Positions 38,147 to 51,138 of a stretch of DNA of 64,000 nucleotides are shown here, in pieces. Numbering within the stretch: position 1 is the stretch's first letter; each line of letters opens with the position of its first letter. The notes under the pieces were generated by a model. The model was not told the origin of the DNA. It worked only from the letters and a program-made list of their open reading frames with translations, and searched no databases. The translations under genes and the position numbers were made by a program. This stretch comes from Stylophora pistillata (lineage: Eukaryota), in assembly GCF_002571385.2 (NCBI RefSeq), contig NW_019217860.1, forward strand, positions 638,856-702,855. Reading direction: 5' to 3'.

Positions 38147-41100
38147 ATGACGGCTCCGAAGATAAACTTCCCGGCGGAAAATTCGCCCCAAAGGGCGAAA
38201 TCATCAGGCTCGTTAAACATCAGAGCCAAAGTTGTACCACTTAAGCCGGGGAGAAGTCTTATGGACTGGATCAGGCTTGGCAAAAGTGGACAAGACTTAG
38301 CTGGAACCGGCGGACTTGTGCAAGCTGTTACCGAGGAAGAATTGAGCAAACATAATAAAGAGCAAGATGCGTGGATCAGTATCAGAGGTAAAATGTTTTG
38401 ATATTTGCTTTCCTTTTTTCTACTCCCTGGCTTTTAATCTCTTACAGACACGTAAAGAGCTTGGAGATAAATGATAACCTCGACTAGCTTACATCAAGAA
38501 GACGAATCTTCGTGTTTAAATCTGTGTATTGTTTATTTCTGTTTAGTCGCATTTAAGAAATTGCGATTGTGCGGTCACGAAAAGTTTTTAAGCCAAATCT
38601 GTGTCACGATTCGAATCTGCAGACCTCAGCAACGAAGTGGACAAAAATTAACTCCTGTTAATGGGTTACTACCAACTGTGGTTCAACGATCAAGTGGTTT
38701 TGTGACAACATGTCATTCACATTACAACATACTGTTGTCTTATAAAGGTTATTGTCAGTATGCAATGTCTATTTTTGTGGCGACTTCAAAAGAAATTATC
38801 TACTCAGCTATTAAGAATGATCTGTAGATTTGTTCTTGAACTTTTCCATGTAAAAAACATTGAGGGATCACGTTTTCATTGTTTATAGAATTTCCTTTAT
38901 AAGAGGACATCTCGATAGGTTTTGAAATTTTAAGAAGACAACAAACGACTATGTAAATAAAATGCCAATCAGTTTCTTTAAAGACATCCTGGATTTTCAA
39001 CTGATTTGATAATGTAAATTGGCACTGTAGAGAGTTTTTGAAGCTGATGTTTCAAGCATTAAACCTTTGTCAGTGAGAAACACTCTTTTATTCTGACAAA
39101 TGGCTAAAAACACCTCAGTTGATAAAACCAAACAATCTTATAATACCCCCCCACTGATGAACGTTACAGTTTCTTTTACTAGAAACTTATTCCCTTTATA
39201 AACTGTTTTTTATTAATAAATTTGACGTTGATCCTTTGTGTTTAAAACACATTAGGAGAATTATTAAACCGGAACTGGGTGGGCAATAATAGTGGTGCAA
39301 TAATTGTAAAACACATTTTCATAAGTTTGCTTTCAATTAATTATCACTGAATGACTCCTTTGCATAATTCTAACTTTTTGCATGCTTTATATCTCAAATA
39401 ATTACACCCTGCCACATTTCCTACTATAAAAGTAGCGCCTCACCAGAAACTTAGATGCAAGATGCTACATTTTATGATTCCCACAGATAAACTTATTGAT
39501 ACTGATCAATGGTCAGTTATTTGATATTTCAGTCAGTAACAATGTAGCATGATAAGTAAGATATTCAGCATCTCACTCATAGAGCCTCACAAGGTAGAAT
39601 CGGAACATCTGAGGTTTGATGTTTCATAAGCACTCAAAATTTTCCTTTGCCCTACAATTGTGACTTAAGATGAAAAGACACGATTGTATTTCCTTTGATT
39701 ATAACAACTCTGAATGCTTTTTTACATAACACAGGTAGAGTATACAATATGACTCCTTATTTAGAGTACCATCCTGGAGGAATTCCAGAGATCATGAGAG
39801 GGGTCGGAAGGGATGCTACTGATCTTTTTGATGAGGTGAGTACCCTAAGCCCTCCCCCCCAAGAGTCCCTTGTTCTCAAATGGAATTAGAAGAACAGTAT
39901 GGAGCTTGTTTTTTCTTTGATTCCTAAGAGTGGTCAACATTATTTTAATTTCTCCTAGCAATTTCACCCCTGAATCACACATTAAATAGAGAAAACAATC
40001 ACCAACTAAACAAGCTCTTGATTGTTGAACAAATTCTCCTTTTCGTCATGGTGGAAAATGTATAGAGAACATAATGAATCACATGCATTTTGAATCAATA
40101 ATGTTAAAGTATTGATGGTTAATGGTAAACAGTAAGTTCAGGACAAAAAACGTATCTCTGTACATTCATTTACAGAGCTCAAAACTTACTATCTCTCTTT
40201 TTCTATTTGCAAAAGTAAGTTCAAATTCCACTAAAGATTGCTTTCAGAGCAGATTTGATCCTGTTGATTTAAACCCAATTGGTTAAAACTTTGATAGCGT
40301 AGAGTAATGTTATTTACCCCTACTAAAATTTTCGCATAACATCAACTTTATCCTCTGTGCATATTATGTTTACGTTACTCAACTTTTCTCATTTCAGACA
40401 CATAAATGGGTGAATGCTGAATCAATGTTAGAAAAGTGTTTCATCGGCCCTTTAAAAAGAAGCAATGTGGTTAAAAAGGCAAAGCCTTCAAGAACAGGTA
40501 TGTGTGCCATGTTAGACTGAGAGTTCAAGGATCCATATAGTCTGACAAAGCAGCATGAGCAGGGAATAATGGCCTAGCATTATCAATGGGTTATCATCTC
40601 TTCATTAACAGCTTTGCTACTTTTTCATTAGAAGCCCTCAGAATCTTCATACGGACTAATACTGCTTAAAAAAGCTTAAGTTATTCCTACATGTACTTGG
40701 TACTCAGTCATAGATGTATATCATACACTTGTATTTTGGTTGTGCTACAAACACTCTGTACTTTTAAAGGGAAGACGTAGATTTCCTTTAGAAATTACTC
40801 ATACTTTTGATATGTAATAAAATTATAATTGATTTTTTGATACTTTTAATTAATGTCTACTTTGTTCCTTTTATTTATCTATTATAAGGATCAGGGAACT
40901 CCCTTAATGTCTCATCGGGATCGCTGCGGTCTCATAACAGTTTGTTTGTCCCAAGTGCACAAGGTAGACTTCCTGTTAAATGTTTTTCACTTAGATTCCT
41001 CTCCTGTCCATATCATTGTAATTCATAATGCTTTCAGCTGATTCCCAGAAACTTGATTTAAAAAAGGTTCCGAAGTAATTTTGAAAGTAGGATGAAATCA

Positions 41101-41577
41101 GAGAATGGAAAAAAAACCCTCTGAAAATGTATTGCACAAATCCTGTAGAAATCACAACTGGTTCAAGTTCACCTAAGATGTAAGTTGCCTATGATTTAGG
41201 TTACTTTGATTGAACTGTTATTATAAAGCTATCCACAGGTTCTTTCTTGTCTGGCACTATGGAGCATGCTTCTTAATTAAGGTTGACTGATGGCAAACCA
41301 CCCACCTTATGGATTGTTGCCTGTATCTCTGGGTGCAAAATATATTCCAGATCCAGTTTTTTTTTTTTTAATTCCAGCCAGTTCTGTTGTTTGAATTTTT
41401 TTTTTTTTTATGATTGGCTAATTTGATATTTAATTCTAGTTGATGGATTTGCAGTTCCTGTTCCCCCACAAAAGTCTCAAGACCCTCGGTAAGTAATTTC
41501 CTTATGTACATCCTTAGTTGAGTTATCTTTTTTTAGGACTCAAAGGCCTAAGACTTTTATCTCTAGAGTACTGCTGC

Positions 41578-41611
<34 letters not shown>

Positions 41612-44600
41612 TAACTTTATTAATGTGTCTACAAAGATTTAGCATTGCTGCTAATTAGGGACACTGCAGTTACAGTAGATCAAAACTATATACGGGATGA
41701 ATCAAGATAAAAGCTTTTTACAAAAGAAATGAATGTTAAAAATATATGTATAAGATATTGCAGAATATCAGATCATGAGCAAAGATGTCCAGAAATGTTC
41801 CAAAAATTTGGGTAGATGTGTCAGTTATTTTCAAACATACCCTGAAGAGTGTCACAAATTTATGTTGTCTCCAGTGCTTTCTCTCCTCCACAATTGGATA
41901 ATTTAAAACCATCCACCAGGACCTTCCTTTTCTCTTTTTGATTCAAGTTTATTAAATTTCACCTTGTATTTTACAAAATGCAGTCAGTTAGGGCTGACTG
42001 ATGGCTTGAGTTTTCTGCTAGGCTTAAGAAACTCAGGTCATGAATAAAGCCTGAGTTGACCAGAGATTTACAATCTTTATACTTTTTTTTGTTGCAGCTA
42101 TGACTGGTATCAAAATGAAAAAATAATAACAATATCAGTGTTTACAAGAAAAAAGGTTTGTTATGAAATATCGTTAATATTTGAATATGACTATAATTTT
42201 TTTTAATGAAGGGGTAAGCTTCTACCTAAAAGAAACTGTGGTGCTGCATTGGTGGGGGTTACAAGGTAATTTGGTTTTATCAACTAAGTTGCTAATGTTA
42301 ATTGGCAACCGTAAAGAGTTCAAAAGCTGACGTTACGAGCGTTATCCCTTCATCAGAGTGATTTTTGTTTTACTTTGTTCCAAATTGTTCTTGATGATTG
42401 CAGTAAAATTGATGGTATTTTGCAGTGGAGTCACACCTGTTTTAAACGCGACAGAGGGATATATTCTCAAACACTTAATTTCTGTGTGGGCTGTGAATTT
42501 AAAAAGCAAGATATGAAGTTCTTGCATGGGAAGTTTGGAGAGCACAGAGAGTTGCTCTTGGCTGCCTCTTTTGTGCCCTCCAGACTTCATACATGCCTTT
42601 TTTTTCTCTAATCTCTGTGAATTACCCAGCGTACCGATGTATGGAAAAATCAACAACTGCTTAGTGAAATAAATTTTTGAATACCACAATTTTTATCCGA
42701 TGTGGACCTCAATAACTTTGACAATTCACATGTACCTGTATCTTATAGGATGTACAAGTTGAAGATGTCATATTAGAACTGAAGGGAGGAAAAGAGTTTG
42801 ATGCAATATTCCTTTTAGGAGAAAAAAGTTTTCGAATTCATTTAGGTTAGTTTATTGTTCATTTTCATGTGAATTCCTAACATTTGTTTCTTTATCTTAA
42901 TTCCCTTCTTAAAATTAATTTTACTCCATTTTTTTTTCCTCCTTTAACTCTCCACTCGAGCTGCAACATATTTCCTTGTAAGTTAGTTACAAGAATTTGG
43001 TTTCAGATCGAGATAAAAACTTCTACCTGATAAGTTTGAGGATTCTCATCACCTGTTTGCTGGATAATGTATGGATATTATAGATGTGTATAGAGGTTAT
43101 ATGTTTTAATCAGTGGTGGAAGTTAAAGAGTTAAGGAAAAACTAATTGATATGTATCTCATCTCTTCTTGAAGCGTTCAGCAATCTCATATCTCATCAAC
43201 AAGGTATGTAGTTTATCACTGTCTTATAACATTTCTCATGTATTTAACAATTATTCGCCGAAGGCGAGGTGAATATCGTTGAATAATCCCTGAGACGAAG
43301 GCGAGGGGATTATTTGACAATATTCACCAAACCTGAGGCGAATAATTGCTTTTAATTAGTATAATTTCAGAGCTGACCAACAGAGAAATTTCTAAAATCA
43401 TAACATTAATTAAAAATTTTTAGTAACACTTATTAACATTTTATTTTAACATTTTATTTTAACATTTTATGTAAACCGCGTCGAGCGGTTTATATAGCGT
43501 CATAGAAGGAACCGCTCGACCAATCAGATTGCTGGAAACTCTTTGCTCAGCTTTGAAATTATACTATTGCTTATTATATCGCAACCAAAGCCTGATACTC
43601 AAAACATCAGATTTAGAATTTCTTTACAACGGCCAGTTCACATTATCAAGTGGATTTAGGAAACCAGATACTCTACTAATCTGGAGTCTAAATTTACCTG
43701 TAACAAATAATCTTGTGCATGCTGAAATATTTACATACCATCCTGAGAAAACTTTAAACAACCACATACATGTTCACACGTCTACCGATACCATAGTAAC
43801 TGTACAATTTAGAAAACTGGTGGCACGCAAGGTCTATTGACTGATTTTCCTTTTATACTGTTACATGATTTTTTATAGTACGTTTGTCCGGGGAAAGTGG
43901 CAAAATTGATATTCTTTTGACCAAAGAAGTGGCCGGGGTGCAATGGACTGAGTTAGGACAAGGTTTGCCGGGAAATAACTCTTTCAAGTTGCACAAGGAG
44001 AGAGGTATGGAAAACAGTGAAAAAACACTTACATCTGCATGTATTTATAGTACGCCATTTTACCGTATTAGGCGACGAAACACGGAAAATATGCCTTCAA
44101 ACAAACAACAGTACAAAAGTACGGACGGAATGCTGAAGCTACAAAATAGCCACGCTGAATGATTCAACCTTTTGTTTTTTTTTTCTTTTTGAAGGCATGA
44201 CTTTTTCAGCAACAAACTTCGAAGCACATTGGATTTTTCTGTTGGCCATAAAGCAGACTTGAAGTCACTGTGTTTGAGTTACTTTTGTCGTTTGATCTGT
44301 TCAATGCTCAGATATGGTCGTAGGAAGTTTTTCGAAAACTTAAAGCGACATGCTAGTAAACGAAATAATACGGGAATGACAATTAAATATCCAACTAACC
44401 TCTTTGTCTCTTCAGTTGCACTTGGACTGACCATAAAATACGTACAATTGTTTGCATAGTGTGGGATAAGGATGTAGTGATCGCGTAACTCAGTAGAAAG
44501 CTATTTAGGATTATTTTCTGATTACTTTTGTATTTTCCCTCCCACTACGGGGCTCGGAAAAATACCAAGTAACTCGCACGACATCTACATGTGTTTTGAA

Positions 44601-47600
44601 ATTACGTTGAACCAACAATCAAATTTATATATTTATTACAAGTATCCCATCACAATTAAAATCCACATTGTTATTTTACGACCCAAGATTCTGTTACAAC
44701 ATTTAGATCATTCCAAAAAATTTATTAATTTTTAATCTACTGAGTTACGCGATAAATACATCATTATCCCACAATGTGCGAACAGTGCTATGAAAGATAG
44801 AAGTCCGGCATGACAGAGGGATTAGGCAATGCTGTAGGGCCTTGCAAAAATCTTCCTCTGTTTCATCTTTTAGATTCCAGGTTATGGGATTGCCGGGTTA
44901 TCTCCGTGGATTCAGTAACACACAACTGTAAACTGTTTTGCTGTGAGTTTCCGAATGGTGTCATTATGAGAATACCGGTTGGACGTCACATACACTTGAC
45001 CAGAGATGTTGAAGGTTCGTTTTGGAACTGTAAAGGATTATTATGCTTGATATTAATCGTGTGCTCCTCATACGAACAATCAAATGAGTAATTAATGGAA
45101 AAGATTTTTATAACACTTGTAAGCCTCCTTTAAGCTCCCACTGAATTTCTGATACCGCAGGAATGCAGATCAGCCGCCCATACACAGTCGTGTTGCCCTC
45201 GCTTCAAGTCGATCAATCAGAGCGAGAATTTGATGGCAGACGGTTTTACCTTATGATTAAACTTTATCCTGAAGGAACACTTACACCAACTTTAAATCCT
45301 GTTGTGGCTGGTAAGTTCCATGATTGCCAACACTCTCTGATGTCAGTGTTTGGTAGTTTGTTGCCTCGTGGGTTTTTAATCAAAATTGATGTCTTTAAAA
45401 CTGTAGCAGAACCGTAAGGAAAATAAAATGAACAGGGATATTTTTCGAATGTTTCTCAGTTGGAGAAAATCTGCATTGATAATGACAAACTGGTACATCA
45501 TTAGTACTGGTACTGCAGTGATAATGACAAACTGGTACATCTGTATGGCTCCTTAATTTCCAAGTTTTCCTTGTCTCACTTAGCATTAAGGGGCACTGAC
45601 CTTTTTCAAGGTACATTCACCATTGCCAGTGTTAAAATATTTTTTTTATTTGATCTTGATTCGTTAGCCGTCATTGCAAAAAAAAAATTATCGAAGAAAG
45701 TTCAGTATTCTACGATTTCTTCAAACGACGGCAAATTTTCACATATTCGTTTACATTCATATTTTGCTTACGATCATATTTTTCAGGCGATACTCTTCAA
45801 ATTGCTGAATATTCTGGCGATTTTAAAGATACTCGTCTGAACGAGGCAAAGGAAATTTTTCTGATTGCTGCTGGGACAGGTTTGTCAATGCCACCAATTC
45901 AATGCTGATAGATCCACAGTCAGCCAGGCGGTCAGATAGTCAGTCGGTGAATCAGTTATTCAGCCTGTCTTTCAGCCAGTCAGTCAATCAGTCAGCCCTT
46001 CAGTCAGTCAGTCATTCATGCAGTCAGTGCGTCAATTAGTCTTACAGTCGGTCATTCATTCAGTCAGTAAGTTAGTCAGTTAGTCAGTCCGGCAGCCAGC
46101 GAGCCAGCCAGTCAGTCGGTCAATTAGTCAGTCAGTCACCACTCAGTTATTTGTTAGACCGATTTTTAAATTATTCGGTCTTATTTTCCACAATACAGCA
46201 AGCCTTGTCCTTGTAAACCTAGCGAAACTCATTTATTTACATGAATCAACACTTGATATGTTTTTTGAGGACGAAAGGTCAGATTTATACTTTTGCGCAG
46301 GTTTTACACCAATGATTCGACTCATTCGGCGAACAGTGATGGAGAATTCATCTGTTGAAAAGTAAGCGACATGCACCGTCATTTGCTTCTTTTACATCGA
46401 AATTATAGTTTTGAATGAGTTAGAATCTTTAAGTTAAATGATATTAATCTTATGACAACCTGCGTGAACAATAACATTCTTTATACAAGTATCTTATGGA
46501 GTTACGCCCTGCTCTGCATCTCGTGGCGTTATTTCTAGATTGAGNNNNNNNNNNNNNCCCCCACGTTTCAAAACGCTCCGCCGCCACTGCATGGTGATTA
46601 GCTCCTTTGGCGTCGGAGACTCACAAAGACGGACCACGAAGAATTTTTTACTGCTAAGTTCTAAGGAGAACTCTCGGCTGCTAAAAAACAAGGTTCTGAT
46701 CTTCATGTGCCTGTCCACTACAGATCTGTCAAACTCTTGTTCGCAAATCGTCAGGAAAAAGACATCTTATGGAAACAGCAGTTAGACGAACTCTCCGATA
46801 TTGCCAGCCCAAGGTGAGAAGTTTTTGTCATGTAAGTAAACGATAACGCTGCACTTTATGAACTCAACCTTGAAGGCACATTGTACCTTATTACAGACAC
46901 CGTTTCCCTGTGGTGGTCGGTTGGTTCAGGCGCACTGTACAATGTGTTACGAGTGTGCTCTCTTTTCTAATCCGTAAGCCACATGCAGCTGATTTCCGCG
47001 TTAGTTCCCTTCGTTGTGAAAACGTACGCAGTCCAACAACCCATTTCCAAATTACCTTTAGCCTCCTTTTAAAAGTGGGTCTTGGTGCACGTCCTTTTTA
47101 TACTGTAATACGTTTTCATTCACATGCAAATTTTAACTCATTTTCACAAGCATTGTTGAGCCTAGGCCTCGTTTTCAAAAAGAGGCCAAGTGTAATTCGG
47201 AAATGGCCTATTTCTCCCACAGCCCTCATTCACTTCATTTAGTAAGTAAGTAAGTAAGTCAGCTTTATTTAAAGAGGGTGTGCACATAACAACTTACACT
47301 GACAAACCAGTGGCCCTCAAAACTAAGGATTAGTAAGTAGTTGTCCCAGTAAAAGTCATGTGACTTTGCCCAAAGAGAAACGATGTAACCCCCCCGAGGA
47401 TTTTATGTGATCTCTGATAGGCACAACATTGTTAGCCTGCGGTCAGAATAAGTCTAATGGTAGGCGCAGTCGGAGATTTACAGCGATAAGAAGGAATGAT
47501 AGGCTTTTAACCAAGTAGCAACATGTAATGGTGATTTCATGCTCCGATGTAAGGTAAATGTTCGCTTAGTGTCTTTATTTGTCAAATCTGTCTCGATTTT

Positions 47601-48303
47601 TTTTAACACCTCTTGCAGATTTCAAGTGTTTTACACTGTAACCCAGACCACCCCCGAGTGGGAAGGTTACGAGGGTCGTGTTTCTATGGAGATGTTGTTA
47701 GAAATCTTACCCCCTCCCCCCAGTGCAGACACTGAACGGGAGCTATTTATAGGCGTGTGTGGCCCAGACGCTTTCACACACCATATTGTCAGGTAAGGTT
47801 TTGATGGACGTTAGGTAAATGCATTTTTTTCCTGCTCAATGACATGTAGAAATAGTAAGAAGTAGTGAAGCTTCCAAAAGAAAGTCGGTCTCTTTAAAAA
47901 TTTGATTTGGGGAAAATTCTTGTTTTGATTTGGCTGTTTCGCTGTGGTAGTCAGGGTTAATCTGGCAGTAGTCGATAAGTCAGCGTAGACATATAGTAGA
48001 ATAAGTTCTTTAATCGATGAAGGTTGCTGAAGGTTATCGGCTTTCGGAAAACCAGACTACAGCCTTAAGAAAAGGTACAAATGGCTGTAAGTTTGCTTGG
48101 TTAAATGCAGCAGTATTTTACAAAACTTTGCGACGGTTTTAAGTTTTCATCATTCTGTTAAGTTTGTTTCCATTTTCACACAATCCAGTTTGAATGTTTC
48201 ACTTTTCTAACTTATTGATAGGGTTTCTTTTTTTCCTTTTGATTTTAGTATGCTAAAAGATCTCAGTTACACCGGAAGGATGATTCATGCATTCCTGGCT
48301 TGA
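38147..48303 (+). CDS. CYB5R4: Cytochrome b5 reductase 4 (NCB5OR): cytochrome b5 + CS + FAD/NAD-binding reductase, ~546 aa
   Basis: 16 in-frame exons: 38147-38387, 39735-39835, 40398-40497, 40889-40963, 41440-41488, 42098-42155, 42749-42845, 43174-43203, 43879-44004, 44874-45014, 45161-45310, 45787-45879, 46301-46361, 46724-46813, 47619-47792, 48249-48303 (1641 nt). KVVPLKPGRSLMDWIRL, YHPGG, HKWVN, PRYDWYQ, RPYT, AAGTGFTPM, LFANRQEKDILW, VCGP; Kozak GCCGCCATG. Confidence 0.96.
41577..41700 (-). mobile_element. LINE 3' end with (TTG)n tail
   Basis: Minus strand reads gtgtcccctaattagc...gacacattaataaag(ttg)n, resembling the 3' end at 63069-63148. Confidence 0.6.
43245..43350. mobile_element. 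Palindromic MITE-like repeat
   Basis: caattattcgcc.aaggcgaggtgaatat ... atattcaccaaacctgaggcgaataattg. Confidence 0.65.
45915..46148. repeat. Degenerate (CAGT)n microsatellite
   Basis: Runs of cagt/tagt/cagc tetramers in a CYB5R4 intron. Confidence 0.85.
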
Positions 48304-49259
48304 TAAATACTTCGTGTAGGTTGACAGAATTGACTAATTCACACCAGGCAATACGACACAGATCTAATCCACCCGCCACTCAAGTCATAACGTGCAATAT
48401 GCACCTTGAATATAACACTTATTCATATTTGAATTACTTTGACGCGAAAATGCACATATACTACTGCTCCGGGCGCTATGGTTCTTAAATAAAGACTGAT
48501 GGCCTTCAAGCGCCCACAACGTTTTCTCGTCCGAAGGGGATGCCTGAAACGTTTGGGCCAGTGGCAATGATCGTGCTCTGATAGCAGGAATATGGCGCAA
48601 ACACGAGAATGGCATGGTGCATTAGGTAACGACGAACGATAAAAGATGGGATAAAAGCCGCAATCCCGTCGTCCCCTTTAAGCTTTACGTGCCACTCAAT
48701 CATCTTAATTCTCTATCGCACCCTTAGAGCTGAGAAGTAAGCCAAAGCTGTGGACCAACATTAAACGTTTTGGAATTGCTGTAGCAAAACATTCTCTTTT
48801 TGAAAGACTGGTGATCAGTATATTATAATGGAACATTCATTACAAACCCCCACGTTACATTTGTAAGTACTATTAAATAGGAATTCCTTTAAGTCCTGGA
48901 GTTTCGAAACCTCGTGAGCAATACATGCGTTCCCAGTTGAATAAAAGCTTGATCATTTGTGATGGTTTGTCTACCCAGTCCCCTCCTTATCGGGCGGATA
49001 CCGCGGATCAAACCCTCTCTGCCTTTCCAGACATTCCAATCATTCATGGTATGTTTCTAAGATTATCGATAACTTTCCGACATTCGACTTTGGCCAGTAG
49101 GGTCATTCGTCGTAGCCCAGTATGGCAGTGCGTCAACATTGCATCCAAACAAGAGCTCGCTTGTGCTTCGATATTATGGCCCGGCGTATCTTGTCCTTCG
49201 CACTAGTTTGGGTGTCAATCTGTCTGGGATATTTTCATACAGCTCTTCTTTATTGGATA

Positions 49260-49495
49260 AAGGCTGATAGTTTCTAAAGAAACTGTTTGGGACTGCGTCG
49301 GTGGGGGTAACGAAATAATTTGGTTATATCGACAAAGTCGAAGTGGTAAATTGGCCACCGTAACGATTACAAAAGCTGACGTTTCGATTCGTCGCGATTC
49401 GCTCCGACGAAGGGCTAACGCTCGAAACGTCAGCTTTTGTAATCGTTACGGTGGCCAATTTACCACTTCAACTTTGTTGATATATCCAAATTACC
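49260..49495. mobile_element. Head-to-head inverted Penelope-type non-autonomous insert with 13-bp TSD
   Basis: ~72-bp inverted arms 49316-49387 / 49422-49493; TCTTTATTGGATA at 49247-49259 and 49496-49508. Confidence 0.82.
49401..49434 (+). ncRNA. Minimal type I hammerhead ribozyme-like motif (core variant)
   Basis: GCT-CCGACGA-A-GGGC TAAC GCTC-GAAA-CGTC-AGC: helix I GCT/AGC, helix II hairpin, palindromic helix III ACGT; CUGA changed to CCGA here, while the copy at 42325-42358 (-) keeps CTGATGA but has GTAA. Confidence 0.65.
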
Positions 49496-51138
49496 TCTTT
49501 ATTGGATATTGCACGGCGCAAACCATTCGTCGCGTTTGATTTCGAGCCGTATAGTCGGTGTCCATAATGATGAATCATAAAGAATTACTGATTCCACAAT
49601 GGACATGAAAAAAAACCTGTTTGACCACACGAAACCTAAATTATTGAAGAAAATTGTAAATATGTTGACATACCGTTGGCGAATTATTCTGTTAATAGAT
49701 AAGCTCTGTGGAAACTTAACCAGCTATTGATAAAATAAATCTTTCGGTCGAAGGCCAAAAGTACAGAGTCTTTTATGGTACACTTTGAGATATCGAGGAT
49801 TGGGAAAGTCATGCACCAACCCAGAGTAACCTCTTTCACATTTGCAGTCGGTCTTTGTGATGTCGCACAAGGGAGACGAGTAACCTTGAAGGATGTGAAT
49901 TAAAAATACTCCCTGGCTTGGAGTTTGGTCTCAGATGTTCACAAGGCAAAGCAACATCACGGATTGAAGACCGTTCACTGAGTCTGATTAATTAACATTC
50001 AACCATGCCTCTACCCTTTACCCAAAGTATATCCGTGCTTCACCAAACTATGACGGCCGTTAGTTGGAGTCTGATTGTAAGGAGAGAGGGGTAGGAAGGG
50101 GATATTTGGTATTAGCTTCCTGATATCTGTCTACGTGGGAAACAATGACTTAATTTCCTTAATTGGGAAATTATGCAATTTGAGGGACACCAACATTGAT
50201 TCCGCCATGTATTCATGCAGAGAAAGACAAAGGTCAATAAACAAAGAAAAAGGGTTAAAGAAAAGTAACTTTTTATCATAAGAAAAGCCCAAAAACGGCC
50301 CTGTAAAACTTGTCAAAGTTAAAATTTTACGTATATCTACTAGAAAATTGAATTTTTTCGTACATCAAGAAAAAAAGCGTAATATATAATTCTGTTAACT
50401 TTGACCTTGTTATATTGCTTGAAATCTGCTACCTTTGCCAACGCGAGTTACAAATGAGAGCAGTAACTCTACCATGTGTTATGTCGAACAAAGTTTTTGT
50501 TTTAAAAAAATGAAAGGTACTGAATATGATTATCGTAGGTCCACAACAACCTTTATCTGAACAGTAATGCGGCTGCTTCAGATTTTTGGCACAGGCTTGT
50601 CACTTCCAAATAAAAATGTCCTAAATGCTAAATCAGCAAGAGTTCAACCCAAAAATCACGACTTAAATTGGACTTAGTCTGAGACTCGCCTTTGTGTACA
50701 TCGAGTAACCGCTATAAGCAGTCAGCAGAGAAAAAAAACATAAATTCCGTCCGTTCGCTGCCCAGTCTATATATCTAGGCAATTCGCTCAGCAAAATGAT
50801 TGAAACTGAATCAAAAAGTGATCAGATGACTGAAAAACGATAACGAGAAAGTACATGTAATGAGTCCATGAAATATTGACAGGAAATTATCTCAAATCGC
50901 TTTGTTCTTAGTAACGGAATGATTACATCGTCATCCTACAATATGCGAACAGTTTGAGGAAAGCTAGTCCGACTTGACACGGAATAAAGCAATCCCATAG
51001 AACCTTGCAAACGTCTTCTACCGATAGCTAAAAGAATTGTGTAATCATTAGGAAGTACGAAGTAGTAAAAGGAACGTAACGCAGTTCTATCTTCTCTTAA
51101 TTTGTCGTTTTGTTGCACGTGAGCTGAAACAAAGGTTC

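Noticed and set aside
48304-49245. Short GC-balanced ORFs after CYB5R4
   Set aside because: No recognisable motifs or splice chain; consistent with 3' UTR (AATAAA near 48488 and 48940)
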